Shown: positions 21,391 through 34,209, counted from the first letter of the stretch. The stretch is 64,000 nt of DNA from Hydrurus foetidus (GCA_900617105.1 UYFQ01000001.1:1116001-1180000), one strand, 5' to 3'. A program made the numbers and translations. Notes: generated from the letters alone by a model not told the origin.

Positions 21391-23088
21391 TTACGAAATC
21401 ATCGGCAGATTCAGCTTCTGCTTCTTGGCTGTTTCAATCGCCAGCTCGTAGCCCGCATCCGCATGGCGCATCACGCCGGAGCCGCAGTCGTTCACCAGCA
21501 CATTCGCCAAACGTGCCGCCGCTGCATCGGTGCCATCGGCCACGATCACCATGCCGGAGTGCTGTGAATACCCCATGCCGACACCACCGCCGTGGTGCAG
21601 GCTGACCCAGGTCGCGCCGCCGCTGGTGTTGAGCAAGGCGTTGAGCAGCGGCCAGTCGCTGACGGCATCGGTGCCGTCTTTCATCGACTCGGTTTCGCGG
21701 TTGGGGCTGGAGACTGAGCCGGTGTCCAGGTGGTCGCGGCCAATCACGATGGGGGCTTTGAGTTCGCCGTTTTTCACCATCTCGTTGAACGCTAAACCGG
21801 CGATGTGGCGCTCGCCCAAGCCTAACCAGCAGATGCGGGCTGGCAAACCCTGGAAGGCGATGCGCTCGCGGGCCATGTCCAACCAGCGGTGGGTGTGGAC
21901 GTTGTCGGGGAACAGCTCTTTGATCTTGGCATCGGTCTTGTAGATGTCTTCCGGGTCGCCTGAGAGCGCCACCCAGCGGAACGGGCCTTTGCCCTGGCAG
22001 AACAGGGGGCGGATGTAGGCGGGCACGAAGCCGGGGAAGTCGAAGGCGTTTTTCACACCCATGTCTTTGGCCACTTGGCGGATGTTGTTGCCGTAGTCCA
22101 CGGTGGGGATGCCCATCGCTTGGAAATCCAACATGGCTTGCACATGGACGGCGCAAGACATGGCCGCGTCGTTCGTCAGTTTGGCATGTTGGGCGGGTTC
22201 GCGCTGGGCGGCTTTCCACTGCGCCACGCTCCAGCCGGTGGGCAGGTAGCCGTTAATCAGGTCGTGGGCAGAGGTTTGGTCGGTCACCAAATCCGGCTTG
22301 ATGGCCCCGGCTTTGGCGCGTTTGACCAACTCGGGCAAGATGTCGGCGGCGTTGCCCAAGAGCGCGATGGAGACCGCCTCTCCTGCGGCGCAGTGGTGGG
22401 CGATCAGGGCCAGTGCGTCGTCGATGTCTTTGGCCTGCTTGTCCACGTAGCGGGTACGCAGGCGGAAGTCGATGCTGCTTTGCTGGCATTCGATGTTCAG
22501 CGACACGGCTCCGGCCAACGTCGCGGCCAGCGGCTGTGCGCCACCCATGCCGCCCAAACCGGCAGTCAAAATCCATTTGCCCGCCAAGCTGCCGCCGTAG
22601 TGCTGACGGCCAGCTTCGACGAAGGTCTCAAAAGTACCTTGCACGATGCCTTGGCTGCCGATGTAAATCCAGCTGCCAGCGGTCATTTGGCCGTACATGA
22701 ACAGGCCTTTGCGGTCGAGTTCGTTGAAGTGTTCCCAGTTGGCCCACTTGGGCACGAGGTTGGAATTGGCGATCAGCACGCGGGGCGCGTTGGCGTGGGT
22801 TTTGAACACACCAACGGGCTTGCCCGACTGCACCAAGAGCGTTTCGTCGTCGTTCAACTCTTTGAGCGAGGCCAGGATTTGGTCAAAACACGCCCAGTTG
22901 CGCGCTGCCCGGCCAATGCCGCCGTAGACGACCAGGTTCTTCGGGTCTTCCGCCACCTCGGGGTCGAGGTTGTTTTGCAGCATGCGGTAGGCGGCTTCGG
23001 TGAGCCAGCTTTTGCAGTTCAGCTCGGTGCCGCGAGGGGCACGGATCACGCGGGAAGCATCGTAGCGGGGGTCATTGGCTGTGGTCAT
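21391..23088 (-). CDS. hutU: Urocanate hydratase
   Basis: [34 protein letters not shown]. Confidence 0.98.
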   Translation of the reverse strand: MTTANDPRYDASRVIRAPRGTELNCKSWLTEAAYRMLQNNLDPEVAEDPKNLVVYGGIGRAARNWACFDQILASLKELNDDETLLVQSGKPVGVFKTHANAPRVLIANSNLVPKWANWEHFNELDRKGLFMYGQMTAGSWIYIGSQGIVQGTFETFVEAGRQHYGGSLAGKWILTAGLGGMGGAQPLAATLAGAVSLNIECQQSSIDFRLRTRYVDKQAKDIDDALALIAHHCAAGEAVSIALLGNAADILPELVKRAKAGAIKPDLVTDQTSAHDLINGYLPTGWSVAQWKAAQREPAQHAKLTNDAAMSCAVHVQAMLDFQAMGIPTVDYGNNIRQVAKDMGVKNAFDFPGFVPAYIRPLFCQGKGPFRWVALSGDPEDIYKTDAKIKELFPDNVHTHRWLDMARERIAFQGLPARICWLGLGERHIAGLAFNEMVKNGELKAPIVIGRDHLDTGSVSSPNRETESMKDGTDAVSDWPLLNALLNTSGGATWVSLHHGGGVGMGYSQHSGMVIVADGTDAAAARLANVLVNDCGSGVMRHADAGYELAIETAKKQKLNLPMIS

Positions 23089-23155
23089 GGCGTTGTCCTT
23101 GTCAAAAGAAAGTGAGAGAAGAGAGGATGGGGGGATGGGAGGGAGGTAAATCGGG

Positions 23156-24640
23156 TCAGTGTGCGTATTTTTCAGTCTTCACGTCAACCTTCGCAACAGG
23201 CGACCCGTCCATTTGGGCGGTGAGGTAGTCGTTCAGCTCTTTGGGGAAAATCATCGCTTTGGGCACGTTCATGGTGCGTTTGGCCAGGGGGTAGTAAACC
23301 AGTGAGGTGACGATCAAACTGACGATCCACGAGATGTCTGCACCGCCTAGCATTTTTGTGAAAGGGCCGGTATACATTTTTTGAGCCAAGAACGGGATTT
23401 GAACCAGAACGCCAAGCACATAGCAGCCCAGCGCTACCCAGTTGTAGCCACCGTAGCGGGCGTTGCAGTCGTACAGCGCAGGAATATCGACACGTTCTTT
23501 AGACACCAAGTAGTAGTCCACCAGATTGACGGCGCTCCAAGGCACAAACACAGCCAGCAAGAGCAGCACAAAGTTCTTGAAGTTGTTTAAAAAGTCAGCG
23601 CTGGCGGCCAAGGCAATCACCATCGACACGATCACAAAGCCGATGATGAACAGCATGCGTGCGCGGGGTGATATTTGGGTTTTGTTGTTGAACGCGCTGG
23701 TGGTCGTCAAAATGGCCATGAAACCACCGTAGGCATTCAGGCAATTCACCGTCAGCTTGCCCATCACGATCACCATGTAGATCACCACAGCAGCAGCGGG
23801 GCCAGCCAAATTGCCCATGAAACCGACTTGGTTCTTCAAAAAGGCAGCACCCGAAACAGCAGCCACCAGCACCCCGAAAGTCATCGCAATTTGTGCCCCT
23901 ACGGCGGTGCCGAGGAAGGTAGACCAAAACGTAGAGCCCACGGTGGTGTTGGACGGCAGGTAGCGCGAATAGTCGGCCACATAGGGCGCGAACGTCAGCT
24001 GCCAACCCGCAGAGAGCGAGATCGCCAGCAGCAGCGAAGCGATGCTGAACGGCTTTTGGCCAAAGGCTGCTGCCACGTCGTACTGGGTGAACAGCTGGAA
24101 CACCAGGAACAGCCAGCCAACGATGCCGACCACACTGGCAATCTTGCCCAGCTTGTGGATCAAGGTGTAGCCGATCACCGCGACGATGGTCGTCATGCTG
24201 CCAAAGACGACGATGCCGAACTCAGGTGCTTTGATGCCAAACATGTTGTTGATCGCTTGACCCGACAGCACGGTGCCAGTGGCTGCAAAGCCCAGGTACA
24301 TCACGATCACCAAGATCAAGGGTAAGGCCGCACCCTTCACGCCAAACTGCACACGGCTGGAAATCATCTGCGGCAACCCCAGGCGCGGGCCTTGCGCCGA
24401 GTGCAGTGCCATCACCGCACCACCCAAGATGTTGCCAATCAGCAGACCCACGATGGCCGTCATCGCTTCCACGCCAAAGATGATGGCCAGCGCACCGTCC
24501 ACCACGGCGGTGATTTGCAGGTTGGCACCGAACCACAGCGTGAACTGGCTCCAAGGCGAGCCGTGGCGCTCGCGCTCGGGAACCATGTCGATGGTGCGGG
24601 TTTCCGTTACGCCAGGGGAAGAAGAGGGGGCAAGGGCCAT
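23156..24640 (-). CDS. NCS1 (purine-cytosine permease family) transporter, candidate histidine/urocanate importer
   Basis: [29 protein letters not shown], about 12 TM segments; GGAG RBS before ATG 24640. Confidence 0.9.
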   Translation of the reverse strand: MALAPSSSPGVTETRTIDMVPERERHGSPWSQFTLWFGANLQITAVVDGALAIIFGVEAMTAIVGLLIGNILGGAVMALHSAQGPRLGLPQMISSRVQFGVKGAALPLILVIVMYLGFAATGTVLSGQAINNMFGIKAPEFGIVVFGSMTTIVAVIGYTLIHKLGKIASVVGIVGWLFLVFQLFTQYDVAAAFGQKPFSIASLLLAISLSAGWQLTFAPYVADYSRYLPSNTTVGSTFWSTFLGTAVGAQIAMTFGVLVAAVSGAAFLKNQVGFMGNLAGPAAAVVIYMVIVMGKLTVNCLNAYGGFMAILTTTSAFNNKTQISPRARMLFIIGFVIVSMVIALAASADFLNNFKNFVLLLLAVFVPWSAVNLVDYYLVSKERVDIPALYDCNARYGGYNWVALGCYVLGVLVQIPFLAQKMYTGPFTKMLGGADISWIVSLIVTSLVYYPLAKRTMNVPKAMIFPKELNDYLTAQMDGSPVAKVDVKTEKYAH

Positions 24641-24690
24641 GGTGATGTCTCCAAAAGTAATATACACAAATTAACGTTAATTTGTTTTGT

Positions 24691-24702
24691 TTGTCTATAC
24701 AA
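24691..24702. promoter_or_regulatory. Probable HutC operator
   Basis: TTGTCTATACAA, close to the TGTA-N2-TACA HutC palindrome, between the divergent transporter and hutC. Confidence 0.75.
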
Positions 24703-24765
24703 CTTTAAACGACATAATCCAGGTAGTCAATACAAATTATCAACCCCCAGAACGGTAATTACCCT

Positions 24766-25485
24766 ATGTACCCCTCTGTTCCTTCGGCGTCATCGGCTCC
24801 CGCCTACCAGCGCATCAAAACCTATGTGGTTGAGCACATTGAGCAAGGCGCATGGGAAGAAGGCACAGCCATCCCTGCGGAAGAGGCGCTGGCCAAGACG
24901 TTTGGCGTGTCACGCATGACCGTGAACCGTGCCCTGCGTGAGTTGAGCGACGAGCAGGTGGTGCGGCGCGTGCAAGGCTCTGGCACCTTTGTGTCACCGC
25001 GCAAATACCAGGCCATGCTGCTGCAAATCCAGAACATTGCCAACGAGGTGGCAGGGCGAGGCCACGTTCACCGCAGCGAGTTGCAAACCCTAGAGCGCTG
25101 CAAAGCCGATGAGGTGCTGGCGGTGCAGTTTGGCGTGGCTTTGAACTACGCACTGTTCCATTCGGTGGTGGTGCATTTTGAAAATGACCAACCGATTCAA
25201 TTGGAAGACCGCTATGTGAACCCGGCCATTGCCCCTGACTATTTGACCTATGACTTTCAAAGCCGCACCCCCAACGAATACCTGATGCGGGTGGCCCCTT
25301 TGCAAGGCGTGCGCTTCACGATCGAAGCCTCTATGCCGCTGGTGGCCATTGCCAGCCTGCTGGGCATTGAAGAGAGCGAACCTTGTCTGGTGCTCAAGCG
25401 CCAGACCATCTCAAAAGGCCGGGTAGCCTCCAGCGCAACGCTGTGGCACCCGGCTTCGCGCTACCAGTTTGGTGGTGGTTTTTAG
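24766..25485 (+). CDS. hutC: Histidine utilization repressor (GntR/UTRA)
   Basis: FGVSRMTVNRALREL, QGSGTFV, QLEDRYVN, HPASRY. Confidence 0.96.
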   Translation: MYPSVPSASSAPAYQRIKTYVVEHIEQGAWEEGTAIPAEEALAKTFGVSRMTVNRALRELSDEQVVRRVQGSGTFVSPRKYQAMLLQIQNIANEVAGRGHVHRSELQTLERCKADEVLAVQFGVALNYALFHSVVVHFENDQPIQLEDRYVNPAIAPDYLTYDFQSRTPNEYLMRVAPLQGVRFTIEASMPLVAIASLLGIEESEPCLVLKRQTISKGRVASSATLWHPASRYQFGGGF

Positions 25486-25528
25486 GTTTGACGGCACCAT
25501 AATGGGCGTTTCAACCAAGGAGATGCCC

Positions 25529-25930
25529 ATGCAAGCCTACCTCACCTTCAACGGCAACTGTGCCCAAGCCTTTGCCTTTTATGCCCAAGCCTTAGACGGC
25601 AAAATCACGTTCTCGCACACCTTTGCCCAGACCCCGATGGCCGCAGAGTTCCCCCCGGAAGCCTTAGGCCGCATCATGCACACCAGCATGGAGGCGATGG
25701 GCATGACGATCATGGGTTCCGACAGCATGCCGGGTACACCGCATGAGGGCTTCAAGGGGTTTTCGCTGACGGTACAAGGCGCGAGCGTGGAACATGGCCA
25801 GCAGTTGTTCGACAAGCTGGTTGTGGGTGGTCAAGCCACCATGCCCTTTGCGCCTACCTTTTGGGCCAAAGGTTTTGGCATGCTGATTGACCAGTTTGGC
25901 GTACCGTGGATGGTGAACTGCGAGCATTGA
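25529..25930 (+). CDS. VOC / PhnB (YjdN)-like protein
   Basis: YLTFNGNC.QA..FY, IMH, TFWAKGFGMLIDQFGVPWMVN. Confidence 0.9.
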   Translation: MQAYLTFNGNCAQAFAFYAQALDGKITFSHTFAQTPMAAEFPPEALGRIMHTSMEAMGMTIMGSDSMPGTPHEGFKGFSLTVQGASVEHGQQLFDKLVVGGQATMPFAPTFWAKGFGMLIDQFGVPWMVNCEH

Positions 25931-25944
25931 GGCGCTCGTTGAAT

Positions 25945-25986
25945 GCAAAAAAGGTGCTTTCCACATACGCAGAAAGCACCTTTTGC
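25945..25986. terminator. Bidirectional intrinsic terminator
   Basis: AAAAGGTGCTTTC...GAAAGCACCTTTT between convergent genes. Confidence 0.8.
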
Positions 25987-26041
25987 TCTTTTAACGAGAG
26001 CGATTTGAAGCGCTCAATCGTTCAGATCAACGGTCAAACCC

Positions 26042-27763
26042 TCAATAGCCCGCAGCCAAACCCGTGTTACGGCGTGGGTCGTTCGCACCGTAGAACTTGA
26101 AGTTGCCGCGTGGCTTACCGCCCAGTGAGGGCGCACCCACCAAGATCGCTGCCAAATGGTTGGCGGGCTGTGGCACACCGAGGTTGTGGCCCATGCCCAC
26201 CAGGATTTTTTGTGTGTCGGGGCTGATGCCGAAGGTGTCCACGTTGGTCAAATCAGGCAGCCATTGCTGGTGAAAGCGGGGGGCGTCCACGGCTTCTTGC
26301 ACGTTCATGCCGTAGTCGATCACGTTCATGATGGTGTGCGTCACGGCGGTGATGATGCGGCTGCCGCCGGGTGTGCCGACCACCATCACGGGCTTGCCGT
26401 CTTTGGTGATGATGGTGGGGCTCATCGAGCTTAAGGGGCGTTTGCCGGGGGCGATGGCGTTGGCTTGGCCTTGCACCAGACCGTAGATGTTGGGCACACC
26501 GATTTTGGCGGTGAAGTCGTCCATTTCGTTGTTCATCAGCACGCCGGTTTTGGCCGCAGTTACTTTGGCACCGAACCAGTCGTTCAGCGTGTAGGTGACG
26601 GAAACCGCGTTGCCCATTTTGTCCATGATGGAGTAATGCGTGGTGTTCGAGCCTTCATGCGGAGCCACGCCGGGTTTCATGTCTTTGGAGACTCCGGCTT
26701 TGGCGGGGTCAATCACGGCGCGGATGCTGGCGGCGTAGTCTTTAGAGAGCAGGCGGTCCAGCGGGTTTTTCACGAAATCGGGGTCGCCCAGGTAGCTGTT
26801 GCGATCAAGGTAGGCGTGGCGCATGGCCTCAATTTGGTAATGCACGCTTTGCGCTGAGCGAAAGCCGAGGTCTTTGAGCGGGTAGCCTTCCACGATGTTC
26901 AAAATCTCGCAGATCACCACGCCACCGGAGCTGGGGGGTGGTGCCGAGATGATGCGGTAACCCCGGTAATCGCATTCGATGGGGGCCATCTCACGCACGT
27001 TGTACTGGTTCAAATCTTCTTGGGTGATGATGCCTTTGCCGGCTGTGCTGGCGGCCACGATGTTGGCACCGACCTCGCCCTTGTAGAAACCATCCGTGCC
27101 TTTAAGGCTGACCAGTTTCAGGGTTTTAGCGAGGTCTTTTTGCACCAGCTTTTCACCGATTTGGAACGGCTCGCCTTTGTTCAAAAAGATGGCCGCAGAG
27201 GGGGCATCTTTTTTGAAGGCTGCGGTGGCTGTTTTCAGCATGTCCACATCACCCTCTTGCAGCACAAAGCCGCGCTCAGCGAGTTGGATGGCGGGTGCGA
27301 GCAGCTTGGCGCGGGTCATGGTGCCGTACTTGGTGCGGGCATCTTCAAAACCAGCGACTGAGCCGGGGATGCCGACGGCCAAATAGCCGTTGGTGCTGGC
27401 CCCTTTGATGACGTTGCCGTCAGCGTCCAGGTACATGTTGGCCGTGGCGGCCAAGGGCGCTTTTTCGCGGAAATCCAAAAAGGTTTTACGGCCATCGGCC
27501 AGCTGCACCGTCATGAAGCCGCCACCACCCAAATTGCCCGCTGCGGGGTAAACCACGGCCAGCGCGTAGCCCACGGCGACGGCGGCATCAATGGCATTGC
27601 CACCGCGCTTGAGCACATCCACACCCACTTGCGTGGCCAAATGCTGGGCCGATACGACCATGCCGTTTTCAGCGGCTACAGGCGCGACCGATGCGGCTTG
27701 AGCGGCGCAGCACAGCACGGCGGCGCTGGCGATCAACGTGAGACGGGTCAGGGGAAAGTTCAT
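26042..27763 (-). CDS. ggt: Gamma-glutamyltransferase
   Basis: GGNAIDAA, DFREKAP, NTTHYS (catalytic Thr), NNEMDDF, PLSSMSP, GTPGGS. Confidence 0.97.
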   Translation of the reverse strand: MNFPLTRLTLIASAAVLCCAAQAASVAPVAAENGMVVSAQHLATQVGVDVLKRGGNAIDAAVAVGYALAVVYPAAGNLGGGGFMTVQLADGRKTFLDFREKAPLAATANMYLDADGNVIKGASTNGYLAVGIPGSVAGFEDARTKYGTMTRAKLLAPAIQLAERGFVLQEGDVDMLKTATAAFKKDAPSAAIFLNKGEPFQIGEKLVQKDLAKTLKLVSLKGTDGFYKGEVGANIVAASTAGKGIITQEDLNQYNVREMAPIECDYRGYRIISAPPPSSGGVVICEILNIVEGYPLKDLGFRSAQSVHYQIEAMRHAYLDRNSYLGDPDFVKNPLDRLLSKDYAASIRAVIDPAKAGVSKDMKPGVAPHEGSNTTHYSIMDKMGNAVSVTYTLNDWFGAKVTAAKTGVLMNNEMDDFTAKIGVPNIYGLVQGQANAIAPGKRPLSSMSPTIITKDGKPVMVVGTPGGSRIITAVTHTIMNVIDYGMNVQEAVDAPRFHQQWLPDLTNVDTFGISPDTQKILVGMGHNLGVPQPANHLAAILVGAPSLGGKPRGNFKFYGANDPRRNTGLAAGY

Positions 27764-27818
27764 CAAAATCTCCAAAATATAAAAAGAAGAACAAGGCACT
27801 TGAAAAAAAACAGTCTCG

Positions 27819-28997
27819 CTACTTGAGTGTCAGAGCTACTCGGGCGGCCCAAGCACTGACAGCCAGCGACAGCAGCAAGCCTGAAAGACCTGCCCAGTGC
27901 AGTTGATCCATGCGCTCATGGGCAATCATCCACCCGCCACTGGCGGCCCCTATGGCCTGACCGACGTACATGGCAGAGGTGTTCAACGCAATGGAAGCCG
28001 ATGCCAGTGTGGGGCCCAACCCGACCAAGCGCGACTGCTGCGCTGAGTTGGAAGCAAAACACCCCAAGGCCCACGGCACCATGATGCATGCAGCCGCAAC
28101 CAAGGTGCTGCCCAGTGGCCACAGCAGCATGCTGACGGCCATGCCCATCACGGCCAAAAAGACCGCTTTGGGCGCACCCATGCGGTCAATGTTGTTGGAC
28201 ATCCAGAGGTTGCCGATAAAGCCAAACAGACCAAACCAAGCAAACAGCAGGCTGAGCTGGAGGGGTGACAAGGCCAGTGTGGCTTTAAAGTAGGGCGCAA
28301 AGTAGGCAAACAGCACAAACTGACCTGCCGAATACGCTGCTGTTACGGCTACGCACAGCATCAATGCTTTCGAGCCTAAGACGCGCGTCCAGTCGTGCCA
28401 CGACAGCGCCGGAGGATTGATGCCGTTGGGCATCGCTCGCCATACCCACACGGTACTGATGAGGCCCAAACCACCAATCGCGACGAATGTGCTGCGCCAA
28501 CCTAAGGTTCCGCCAATCCAAGCTGAAATGGGCATCCCCAGTACAGAGGCTACCGACCAGCCTAAAAACACGATGGTGATGGCCCGTCCCCGCTGATCCG
28601 CTGCGACCAACAAGCCCACGCAAGCCGCGGCCTGAGGGGTGAATACGGCGGGCGAAACCATGGCCAACACCCGCACAAAAAACAAGCTGCCAAAGGTGGG
28701 CATGGCAGCGCAAACCAGGTGCAGCACGGCGTACCACAGCATGGTGAATGTCAGTAAGCGACGGCGATCCCAGCCAGCCACCAAGCTGGCGAACAACGGT
28801 GCGCCCAAGCAAATCAGCAAGGCCCCTACAGAAATCAACTGCCCTGCGGTGGCGATGGGCACCTTGAGCGAGGTACTCAGTTCATTGAGTGTGCCCGGCA
28901 CCGCCATGACACCGGTGCCGATGACAAAGTTGCCAAACAACAGCGCCCACAAAACCGCAGGCATGGGTTGCTTCATGGGCATTGCCTCAGAAGCCAT
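27819..28997 (-). CDS. MFS transporter (DHA1/AraJ-like)
   Basis: About 12 TM segments, GNFVIGTG, WDRRRLL, GWRSTF. Confidence 0.9.
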   Translation of the reverse strand: MASEAMPMKQPMPAVLWALLFGNFVIGTGVMAVPGTLNELSTSLKVPIATAGQLISVGALLICLGAPLFASLVAGWDRRRLLTFTMLWYAVLHLVCAAMPTFGSLFFVRVLAMVSPAVFTPQAAACVGLLVAADQRGRAITIVFLGWSVASVLGMPISAWIGGTLGWRSTFVAIGGLGLISTVWVWRAMPNGINPPALSWHDWTRVLGSKALMLCVAVTAAYSAGQFVLFAYFAPYFKATLALSPLQLSLLFAWFGLFGFIGNLWMSNNIDRMGAPKAVFLAVMGMAVSMLLWPLGSTLVAAACIMVPWALGCFASNSAQQSRLVGLGPTLASASIALNTSAMYVGQAIGAASGGWMIAHERMDQLHWAGLSGLLLSLAVSAWAARVALTLK

Positions 28998-28999
28998 GG

Positions 29000-30007
29000 C
29001 TAGCGCCTGACCAACAAGGCCCCTGGGTTGACGATGTTGGTCGGTGTGCCTGCGATGTAGTTCACGATATTGTCAAACGCCCCGCCAAAATACAGCTCAT
29101 AGCTGTCTTGCTCCACATAGCCAATGTGGGGTGTGCAGATGCAGTTTTCCAAGCGAAGCAGGGCATGGCCTTGCAAAATAGGCTCGCTCTCGAACACGTC
29201 CACCGCTGCCATACCGGGGCGACCTCGGTTGAGGCCTGCGATCAAGGTGTCAGGCTCAATCAGCTCCGCACGAGAGGTGTTCACCAGTAAAGCGGTGGGT
29301 TTCATGCGGGCTAAATCTTCTGCTTTAACGATGTGGCGGGTGTCATCCGTCAAGCGCATGTGCAGGCTGAGGACATCGCTGCGCTCGAAAAAATCGGCTT
29401 GGCTCAGCGCCACGTCATGACCATCATTTTGGGCTTTTTGGTGAGAGGCTTCTCGCCCCCAAACCAAGATAGTCATGCCAAAAGCTTTGCCATAACCCGC
29501 CACCATCTGGCCAATTTTGCCGTAGCCCCAAATGCCCAGCGTTTTGCCCCGCAGCACCGTGCCCAAACCAAAATTCACAGGCATCGACGCGGTTTTGAGG
29601 CCTGACTGCTGCCAGACACCGTGTTTCAGGTGCGTGATGTACTGTGGCAAGCGCCGCGCGGCCGCCATGATGAGTGCCCAGGTCAGCTCGGCAGCGGCCA
29701 CGGGTGAGCCTGTGCCCTCGGCCACCGCTACCCCGCGTTCGGTGCAGGCCTCAATGTCCACATGGCTGCCTATGCGGCCCGTTTGGACAATCAGTTTGAG
29801 CTTGGGCAGTTTTTCAATGAGCTGGCGCGAGAGATGCGTGCGCTCTCGAATCAGCACAATCACTTCCGCATCTTTCAGCCTAACCGACAGCTGGCCTAAG
29901 CCTTTGACGGTGTTGGTGTAGACCTTCGCAGGGAAGTTTTCCAGCTTGGTGGCACAGTGCAGTTTGCGTACGGCATCTTGGTAATCGTCAAGAATCACAA
30001 TGTTCAT
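29000..30007 (-). CDS. D-2-hydroxyacid dehydrogenase family protein
   Basis: ILDDYQ, GYGKIG, NTSRAEL, DVFESEP, TPHIGY. Confidence 0.93.
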   Translation of the reverse strand: MNIVILDDYQDAVRKLHCATKLENFPAKVYTNTVKGLGQLSVRLKDAEVIVLIRERTHLSRQLIEKLPKLKLIVQTGRIGSHVDIEACTERGVAVAEGTGSPVAAAELTWALIMAAARRLPQYITHLKHGVWQQSGLKTASMPVNFGLGTVLRGKTLGIWGYGKIGQMVAGYGKAFGMTILVWGREASHQKAQNDGHDVALSQADFFERSDVLSLHMRLTDDTRHIVKAEDLARMKPTALLVNTSRAELIEPDTLIAGLNRGRPGMAAVDVFESEPILQGHALLRLENCICTPHIGYVEQDSYELYFGGAFDNIVNYIAGTPTNIVNPGALLVRR

Positions 30008-30070
30008 CCTTCGATTGTGCCTGTGAATCCGCACCCTACAGAAACCCATCAAACCTTGGGCGAAGACCGG

Positions 30071-30415
30071 CTATGCAGCTTCTTGCTGGCTTAGCCGGTC
30101 TAGCTCAGCGCAGACCTCAGAAAACCGGCCTGAAATCACCATCCGCCCTGCGCTGTGGGCGGTACAGCTGGCATCGGTAACACGCAACACGCGCAGGCGG
30201 TGTGGGCAATGGTCGGTGGCCGGTGTTCTGAAGGCGGCTGCGACGCTGCGGTCTGCTGCGACGGCCAGATTGGGCTGAGCGACTGTAACCACCGTGCGCC
30301 GACGGTGCGCTGGCGCAAAAAACCCCATCACGGCGTGCAAAGGGGTCAGCAGCAGGTTGACAGTGGTGTTGAAACCCAAACGGCTTGAATGAAGCGAAAT
30401 GCCAAGGTTGCCCAT
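30071..30415 (-). CDS. Hypothetical protein directly downstream of lexA
   Basis: CAGGAG RBS before ATG 30415; C-terminal GRMVISGRFSEVCAELDRL; no family recognised. Confidence 0.7.
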   Translation of the reverse strand: MGNLGISLHSSRLGFNTTVNLLLTPLHAVMGFFAPAHRRRTVVTVAQPNLAVAADRSVAAAFRTPATDHCPHRLRVLRVTDASCTAHSAGRMVISGRFSEVCAELDRLSQQEAA

Positions 30416-30527
30416 AGAGACTCCTGAATCAAAGAATCGGCAGAATTTCGACAAAGTTCGCCCCTGCGGGGCTCCACGGTTGAGCCGTGAGCGCCCGCCA
30501 CCCGCAGTGGCAAAAAGTGTTTTGCCC

Positions 30528-31268
30528 TTACATGAGCATGGTGTTGCGGATCAAACCTACCGCCAAGCCTTCGATTTCAAACGGTTCGCCGGGTTGCACC
30601 ATGATGGTTTTGTAGTCGGGGTTTTCGGCGTGCAGCTCGATATGGTCTGGGGTGCGGCGAAAGCGTTTGACCGTCACGTCTTCACCCAAGCGGGCTACCA
30701 CGATTTGGCCATTTTTGGCTTCTTTGGCGGACTGTACCGCCAGCAAATCGCCGTCCATGATGCCAGCGTCTCGCATCGACATGCCGCGCACTTTCAACAG
30801 GTAATCGGGACGGTGCTGGAACAGGCTGCTTTCCAAGTGGTAGGTTTGGTCGACATGCTCTTGCGCGAGAATAGGCGAGCCCGCAGCGACACGGCCAATC
30901 AGCGGCAAAATCAGCTGTGAGAGGCTTTGAACGTGCTGAGCTACTTGCTGCCCAAACTGCTGCCCGAAGGGCTGTGTAAACGGCTGAGCGAAGGGTTGTG
31001 TGAGTTGTTTCAAGCGCGACTCGTTGAGGTTGCGCAGCGCGACCCCCTTGAGGCGAATGCCGCGCGAGGTGCCGCTGACCAGTTCAATCGCGCCTTTTCG
31101 GGCCAGTGCTTGCAGGTGTTCTTCAGCGGCGTTGGCCGATTTAAAGCCTAACTCAGCGGCGATTTCAGCCCTTGTGGGGGGCGCACCGGTGTTGCTGATG
31201 GCGTTTTGGATCAGCTCCAGGATTTGCTGTTGGCGGGCGGTGAGCTTGTAGGTGGGCAGGTCGATCAT
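30528..31268 (-). CDS. lexA: SOS repressor LexA
   Basis: [20 protein letters not shown] cleavage site, GMSM Ser, VTVKR Lys. Confidence 0.98.
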   Translation of the reverse strand: MIDLPTYKLTARQQQILELIQNAISNTGAPPTRAEIAAELGFKSANAAEEHLQALARKGAIELVSGTSRGIRLKGVALRNLNESRLKQLTQPFAQPFTQPFGQQFGQQVAQHVQSLSQLILPLIGRVAAGSPILAQEHVDQTYHLESSLFQHRPDYLLKVRGMSMRDAGIMDGDLLAVQSAKEAKNGQIVVARLGEDVTVKRFRRTPDHIELHAENPDYKTIMVQPGEPFEIEGLAVGLIRNTMLM

Positions 31269-31303
31269 GGTGATGGTTCCTCAGTGAATGCGCAGTAAAT
31301 GGA

Positions 31304-31338
31304 CTGTCTTCATATCCAGTAACTGTATTTTTAACCAG
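31304..31338. promoter_or_regulatory. Two tandem SOS (LexA) boxes
   Basis: CTGTCTTCATATCCAG (31304-31319) and CTGTATTTTTAACCAG (31323-31338), both CTG-N10-CAG. Confidence 0.85.
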
Positions 31339-31346
31339 TTTTTAAA

Positions 31347-33181
<1,835 letters not shown>

Positions 33182-34006
33182 TTACGCAAGTCGCGCGGAT
33201 ACAAGCCCTGAATCAGCGACCCACGCCCGTACACGTGCCAAATCCTCGGGCGTATCTACGCCTGGCGCGGGAGCGTTGTCGGTCACATGCACTGCAATCA
33301 AATGACCGTGCCACAGGGCACGCAGTTGCTCCAAAGCCTCCGTCACCTCAATGGGGGCGGGGGTCAGCGTGGGGAACAGCTTCAAAAAACCAACCCGGTA
33401 GGCGTACAGGCCGATATGGCGCAACGGCTGGGCGATCAAGTGTGCAGTCGAGGGAATGGGCGTGGCTTGGATCAAACCACCCGGCCAGCCGTGATGGGCA
33501 TCCCGCGCAAACGCAATCGGTGCGCGGCTGAAGTAGAGCGCATGGTGGTGGGCATTCAGCACCACTTTGACCACATTGGGGTTGAGGAAGTCGGCCTCGT
33601 TGTCAATCGCGTGGGCGGCGGTGCTCATGCTGCTCTGCGGGTGTTCATTCAGCAAAGCGGCCACGGCGTGCAGCAACGCAGGGTCGATCAGGGGTTCGTC
33701 GCCTTGGACGTTGACGACGATGGCCTCGTCCGCCAGACCCAGTATCGCGCTGGCCTCGGCCAAACGGTCGCTGCCTGAAACATGGCGAGCGTGGGTGAGG
33801 ATGGCCTCCACACCAAAATCGGCGCAGGCGGACACGATGCTGGCGCTGTCGGCGGCTACCACCACCCGTTGCGCGCCAGAGCGGCTGGCCTGCTGTGCTA
33901 CGCGCACCACCATTGGGATACCGCCAATGTCGGCCAGAGGCTTGCCTGGCAGGCGGGTGGAGGCGAGGCGGGCGGGGATCAGCGCAGTGAAAGGAGTCAT
34001 GCTCAC
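33182..34006 (-). CDS. kdsB: CMP-Kdo synthetase
   Basis: [36 protein letters not shown]. Confidence 0.97.
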   Translation of the reverse strand: MSMTPFTALIPARLASTRLPGKPLADIGGIPMVVRVAQQASRSGAQRVVVAADSASIVSACADFGVEAILTHARHVSGSDRLAEASAILGLADEAIVVNVQGDEPLIDPALLHAVAALLNEHPQSSMSTAAHAIDNEADFLNPNVVKVVLNAHHHALYFSRAPIAFARDAHHGWPGGLIQATPIPSTAHLIAQPLRHIGLYAYRVGFLKLFPTLTPAPIEVTEALEQLRALWHGHLIAVHVTDNAPAPGVDTPEDLARVRAWVADSGLVSARLA

Positions 34007-34209
34007 ACCAGCGGCGTACGGGCAGGCATCTGCTCGACTTCTTCGGGTGACAGGGCGCGGGCTTCGTTTTCCATCAGGATGGGAATGCCGTCGCGCACCG
34101 GGTAAGCCAAGCGGGCGCTGCGCGAGACCAATTCTTGCGCCGCACGGTCATAGTCCAGGGGGCCTTTGGTGACGGGGCATACCAAGAGGGCGAGAAGTTT
34201 GCTGTCCAT
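34003..34209 (-). CDS. Trm112/YcaR family protein
   Basis: [23 protein letters not shown]. Confidence 0.92.
   Translation of the reverse strand: MDSKLLALLVCPVTKGPLDYDRAAQELVSRSARLAYPVRDGIPILMENEARALSPEEVEQMPARTPLV

Noticed and set aside
30471..30492. CGGCTCAACCGTGG (minus strand) resembling a 16S rRNA segment
   Set aside because: Too short and the flanks are not rRNA-like; treated as part of a local hairpin.
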